Positions 60,468 to 64,000 of a stretch of 64,000 nt of DNA are shown in pieces; position 1 is the stretch's first letter, and every line of letters starts with the position of its first letter. The stretch spans positions 2,400,001-2,464,000 of the forward strand of contig CAVUSO010000001.1 in NCBI GenBank assembly GCA_963744145.1. The letters run 5' to 3'. The stretch is from an uncultured cyanobacterium. Lineage in GTDB: Bacteria > Cyanobacteriota > Cyanobacteriia > Cyanobacteriales > CAWUOF01. The notes under the pieces were generated by a model, which was not told the origin of the DNA, did not search any database, and saw only the letters and a list, made by a program, of their open reading frames with translations. Made by a program: the position numbers and the translations under genes.

Positions 60468-61412
60468 CTAACTATTCAAAAACTGATTAGGATCAATTCC
60501 TGATTCATGCAATCGTTGGAGCAACTCGGCTAACTTTGATTCGGCTTGTTCAGCCCTCAGACGTTCTTGTTCGGCCCGTTGTTGTTCTCGTTCAGCCCGA
60601 AGTTGTTCTTGTTGGGCTCTCAGACGTTCTTGTTGGACAAGCTGACGTTCTTGTTCAGTTTCCGTCAGAATCCAATTACCATTTTCATCATACCAGCGTA
60701 GCCATAATCGCTCTAACCCCTGATATTCTCCTTGCCATCGACCTAATCCTAACCCTAATTCCTCAATCCATCCACCCTGGGCTTCTAGCTCCCATTCCTG
60801 ATAATGTCCCCCGATTAATCGAAATGCTCTCAGTTCATTGGTATAACGGTTGAATGCAAAATAGTAAGGAATGCGTAAGATTTGCTCATACACTTCCCAC
60901 TTCCTCGGTGGTTTCTGTTTTCTGTCTATGTTCAAGCCATTCCCTGCTCCCAATTCATCTTTTCGAGACAATTGCTCTAAATTACCCTCACCTAAATCTT
61001 CCTGTTCTGTTCCTGGTGAGAGTAATTCTACCACTACTAAGGGATTGACCCCTTCTTGCCACACTACATAAGAAAGACGCAAATCAACTTCATCATAAAA
61101 GCGCGATACACCCACTACTCCAAACCAATCGGGTCGTTTGTACCAGAGGGGATGACGCACATCATAGTAAAGATTCATATCGCTGGCACTAAATACTTGG
61201 GAACTGGGGTATTTAGTCGGGCGAAAAGTCTGACTTAAAAATTGAGGTTGCCAATCATGAAATTCATCGGGCAAACCAGGTTCCTCCGGGTTTTCACTAG
61301 GTAGATCATACATGGTGGGGAGCGTTTCTCGCGGGGGAGCCGGAGGATCTTGTTGGGGAACTGGATAGGGAAAGGGAAACATGAGTTCAGAGATGGCTGA
61401 TGTCATAGTCAT
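60468..61412 (-). CDS. Uma2-family PD-(D/E)XK endonuclease
   Basis: LPTMYDLPSE.PEEPG, RPDWF, VVELLSPGT and a coiled-coil tail. Confidence 0.9.
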   Translation of the reverse strand: MTMTSAISELMFPFPYPVPQQDPPAPPRETLPTMYDLPSENPEEPGLPDEFHDWQPQFLSQTFRPTKYPSSQVFSASDMNLYYDVRHPLWYKRPDWFGVVGVSRFYDEVDLRLSYVVWQEGVNPLVVVELLSPGTEQEDLGEGNLEQLSRKDELGAGNGLNIDRKQKPPRKWEVYEQILRIPYYFAFNRYTNELRAFRLIGGHYQEWELEAQGGWIEELGLGLGRWQGEYQGLERLWLRWYDENGNWILTETEQERQLVQQERLRAQQEQLRAEREQQRAEQERLRAEQAESKLAELLQRLHESGIDPNQFLNS

Positions 61413-61995
61413 TATAACTTGAAAATTCTCAGCGAGCAGTTAGCATAGACTATTTGACCTATGAGTTATAAAAAAGAAGTTTTAACAATTTGCTTTTTCT
61501 CCGACTTTTCTTCGATTTTCTCAAGTTGAGAACGGGAGTTCAAAAATTCTTCAAATAACTCAAAAAATGATGGATGTTATGATTTAGCGAATATATTTGA
61601 TGATTGGAGAAAAAAGGAAAAATATCTTAGAGACGAAACTTACAGGTTATTTAGAGAAAAAGGAAGGGTCGAATTTCTCTTTATAGTGCGATCGCATCAA
61701 TTAAGTTAATGTGCGATCGTGTTCTTACTTAAGCTTCAAACAGATAAAGTATGACCAACACTGTTCATAAATTTAATTACAGAGATCAAATAATGTTGAT
61801 TGCTTGCTTGCTAAAATGGCGCAAATTTGTCAATTGCTCCGAGAAGGGAGAAAAAACTCATTAGAGAAATTGGAAAAATGGAACCGATTGAGCTGGTCTA
61901 AGAGTCTAAAAAGCTGCGGAGATAGAATGGGGCTGACTATTCTAGCTCAAGCTGAAATGGATTCTATAATCATGACCTCTATCAGGTAGAAAAAC

Positions 61996-62505
61996 ATGCT
62001 GAAAAAATTAGCTTCTTGTGGTGTTGCTTTGGGATTGATGTCTTTGAATCTCGCTATAGATAGTTATCCTGTAGGAGCAGAAACAAGAGTTCACGGTAAT
62101 CATTTTCTGATTCGTTCTGCCGAGGATAATAGTTATTGTATCGATGCAAGTCTTGATCAAGGAGCTGAAGGTCACAAAGCTTATATTTATAAATGTCACG
62201 GTCGTTACAACCAGCGCTGGACTTTTACTGATGGACTAGATAATGATAGTGCCCTGGTCGGATTTGATGGACGTTGTTTAGATATTAGGGGTAGACAAGT
62301 TAAAGATAATACTCCCCTGATTCTTTATCCTTGTCATTATGGCGCAAATCAACAATTTCAAGTCACAGCACGCGGACAAATCCGTGAGAAGCAGTCTGGT
62401 AAATGTCTTACTATTGGCTCCACTCCAGGCGATCGCAAGCCCGTATTTATTGATGATTGTGATGGTAATCCAGCTCAATTGTGGAAGATCACACGTGAAC
62501 TTTAA
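61996..62505 (+). CDS. Secreted ricin-B (beta-trefoil) lectin
   Basis: Signal peptide; three C..D..C..NQxW-type subdomains. Confidence 0.88.
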   Translation: MLKKLASCGVALGLMSLNLAIDSYPVGAETRVHGNHFLIRSAEDNSYCIDASLDQGAEGHKAYIYKCHGRYNQRWTFTDGLDNDSALVGFDGRCLDIRGRQVKDNTPLILYPCHYGANQQFQVTARGQIREKQSGKCLTIGSTPGDRKPVFIDDCDGNPAQLWKITREL

Positions 62506-62539
62506 CCAGTTGTTACCCTAATATTTCTATTTACCTAAA

Positions 62540-62576
62540 ATCAAGCGATCGCCAGGTGATATTGCGATCGCTTGAT
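62540..62576. terminator. Hairpin between convergent genes built from two HIP1 sites
   Basis: atcaagcgatcgc / gcgatcgcttgat stem. Confidence 0.5.
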
Positions 62577-62638
62577 CATCCTAATAGTTGTTAGTAGTTG
62601 TTGGATAAAACGCCCTAGGGAGAATTTACTTAATTATT

Positions 62639-63358
62639 CTATTTAACTAAGGATTCGGAACCAACCCAGTGCTTTTGAATCGCAATAATTGCTGCTTGAG
62701 TGCGATCGCGGACTTCTAATTTTTGTAAAATTGCATGAACATGAACGCGCACTGTACCAGGAGTAATAAAGAGCAATTCGGCAATTTCTTGATTATTCTT
62801 ACCACCTGCGACCAATGCTAAAATTTCTTGTTCCCGTTTAGTTAGGGGATTTTCATCCATTTCCAGAGCAGGTTCATATTGTCTCTGTTGATGATTAATT
62901 TTTCCAGAATTGATTACTGGAGGATGCTCTAAAAAAGCAGCTCTAATTTCTGTCATTGCTGCTTTATCCCACCAAGAAGCTCCCCCAGCTACTGAACGAA
63001 TTGCTAATATTAAAGCTTGTGCATCAATTCCTTTTAAACAATAACCTTGTGCTCCAGCTTCAATTAATTTAGCAATCAGGGGTTTTTCAGAACGAGATGT
63101 CAAGATTAATATCGGTAAATCTGGATGCTGCTGTTTAATTTGACGACAAGCTTCTACACCACCAATTCCTGGTAAACCTACATCCATCAGGATCAGATCG
63201 AGGGGATGTTGATTGGCTAAATCTACTGCTGTTTCTCCATCTTCTGCTTCAGCAACTAACTCTAAATCTGACTCCTGTTGTAATCTGACCCGAAGTCCAA
63301 GACGAAACAGTTCGTCATCCTCAACTAGCAAAATCTTTAGTGAATCAGCAGGTTTCAT
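62639..63358 (-). CDS. NarL/LuxR-family response regulator
   Basis: VEDD...LMDVGLP receiver domain; LTKREQEIL...TVRVHV HTH. Confidence 0.93.
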   Translation of the reverse strand: MKPADSLKILLVEDDELFRLGLRVRLQQESDLELVAEAEDGETAVDLANQHPLDLILMDVGLPGIGGVEACRQIKQQHPDLPILILTSRSEKPLIAKLIEAGAQGYCLKGIDAQALILAIRSVAGGASWWDKAAMTEIRAAFLEHPPVINSGKINHQQRQYEPALEMDENPLTKREQEILALVAGGKNNQEIAELLFITPGTVRVHVHAILQKLEVRDRTQAAIIAIQKHWVGSESLVK

Positions 63359-63659
63359 TAGAAATTAAACCATTTGAGGTGGACAAGCAGGCAGTCAAAA
63401 CCCAAAGAAAGCATCTTGATCATACCTTCGACTCTGCCCTTTACAAATGTTCTGATGGAACCTCTCTACGCGAGCGGGAAAACGAGCGAGTAAAGTCAGT
63501 TGTCCAAAGGATCAATCTGACCACCCTATTATAGTCGGCTGGAGATAAACATAAGCCTTTGTGGGTTTAAAAATGCACTGGTTTAACACTGGGATCAATT
63601 GGGATGAGTCCAAAATTAGCATTAGACAAGAAAGCAAAAGTCATGTTGATCAATTTACT

Positions 63660-63723
63660 GGACAGGCAAGATGCCTGTCCCACAACCAAAAAAACTCTTG
63701 TAGGACAGGCATCTTGCCTGTCC
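63660..63723. repeat. REP-like palindromic pair
   Basis: ggacaggcaagatgcctgtcc ... ggacaggcatcttgcctgtcc. Confidence 0.7.
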
Positions 63724-64000
63724 TAGTTATTTTTGCAAGAAGTCTATTGTGGGTGAGACAGTCCGCTCTCACTTAGAGGTCCATCAACTGTCTTTTCTGT
63801 CAACTGCATAAATCCTGATATATATATTTGTATATAAGTTCACCGAACTGGAGAACTTATATTTTGAGTAGTATTAACAAACTCCCTAATCATCTTGTTA
63901 AAGTTTGTTTACAGGAAAAATACATCTTGCGAACAACCGATTCGGGAAAAGCAGAGGATTGACCTGACGCGAATTTCTACTTTGGTTAAGTTATGACCCA

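Noticed and set aside
63340..63776. Short plus-strand ORFs or an ncRNA upstream of the response regulator
   Set aside because: No recognisable motifs; the ORFs overlap a REP element and the regulator's leader
1..64000. High density of GCGATCGC as a novel repeat
   Set aside because: This is the well-known cyanobacterial HIP1; only its coincidence with breakpoints is reported

Overview
This is chromosomal DNA from a cyanobacterium, probably filamentous. The HIP1 octamer GCGATCGC is very dense, and XisI, Uma2, CHAT and GDT1 genes plus cyanobacterial REP/SDR repeats are present. 1-12.3 kb holds two tandem TPR-CHAT (caspase-like protease) paralogues. Their duplicated, decaying 3' ends alternate with small cassettes: PIN toxin-antitoxin pairs, xisI, an IS630 and an Rpn-like nuclease. 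13.9-16.6 kb is an XRE repressor plus ImmA/IrrE metallopeptidase pair. It is divergent from three uncharacterised genes, and three TTGA-N8-TCAA operators lie between them, two covering the -35 boxes. 16.6-29.7 kb holds three tandem haemagglutinin-N/beta-helix/Pro-Thr/CHAT genes. 30-33.8 kb has a dehydrogenase and a LysR gene split by a TnpB-only IS607-like element. 33.8-42.6 kb is an integrase-free island bounded by a duplicated gene 3' end; it carries an orphaned methylase, a deleted XamI-like endonuclease, TA remnants, an ABC exporter and a collapsed AbiE. 42.6-52.2 kb is a metal-homeostasis block: a Mn/Zn ABC importer with a nonsense-mutated ATPase, cbiMNQO under a cobalamin riboswitch, and a GDT1 exporter under a yybP-ykoY riboswitch. 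52-64 kb encodes a J-domain protein, a PAS kinase, a nuclease-ParA fusion with a ParB-like/HhH partner, Uma2, a ricin-type lectin and a response regulator. No rRNA, tRNA or CRISPR array was seen. Several single-base frameshifts may be assembly errors. All family calls come from motif recognition by eye, not database searches.
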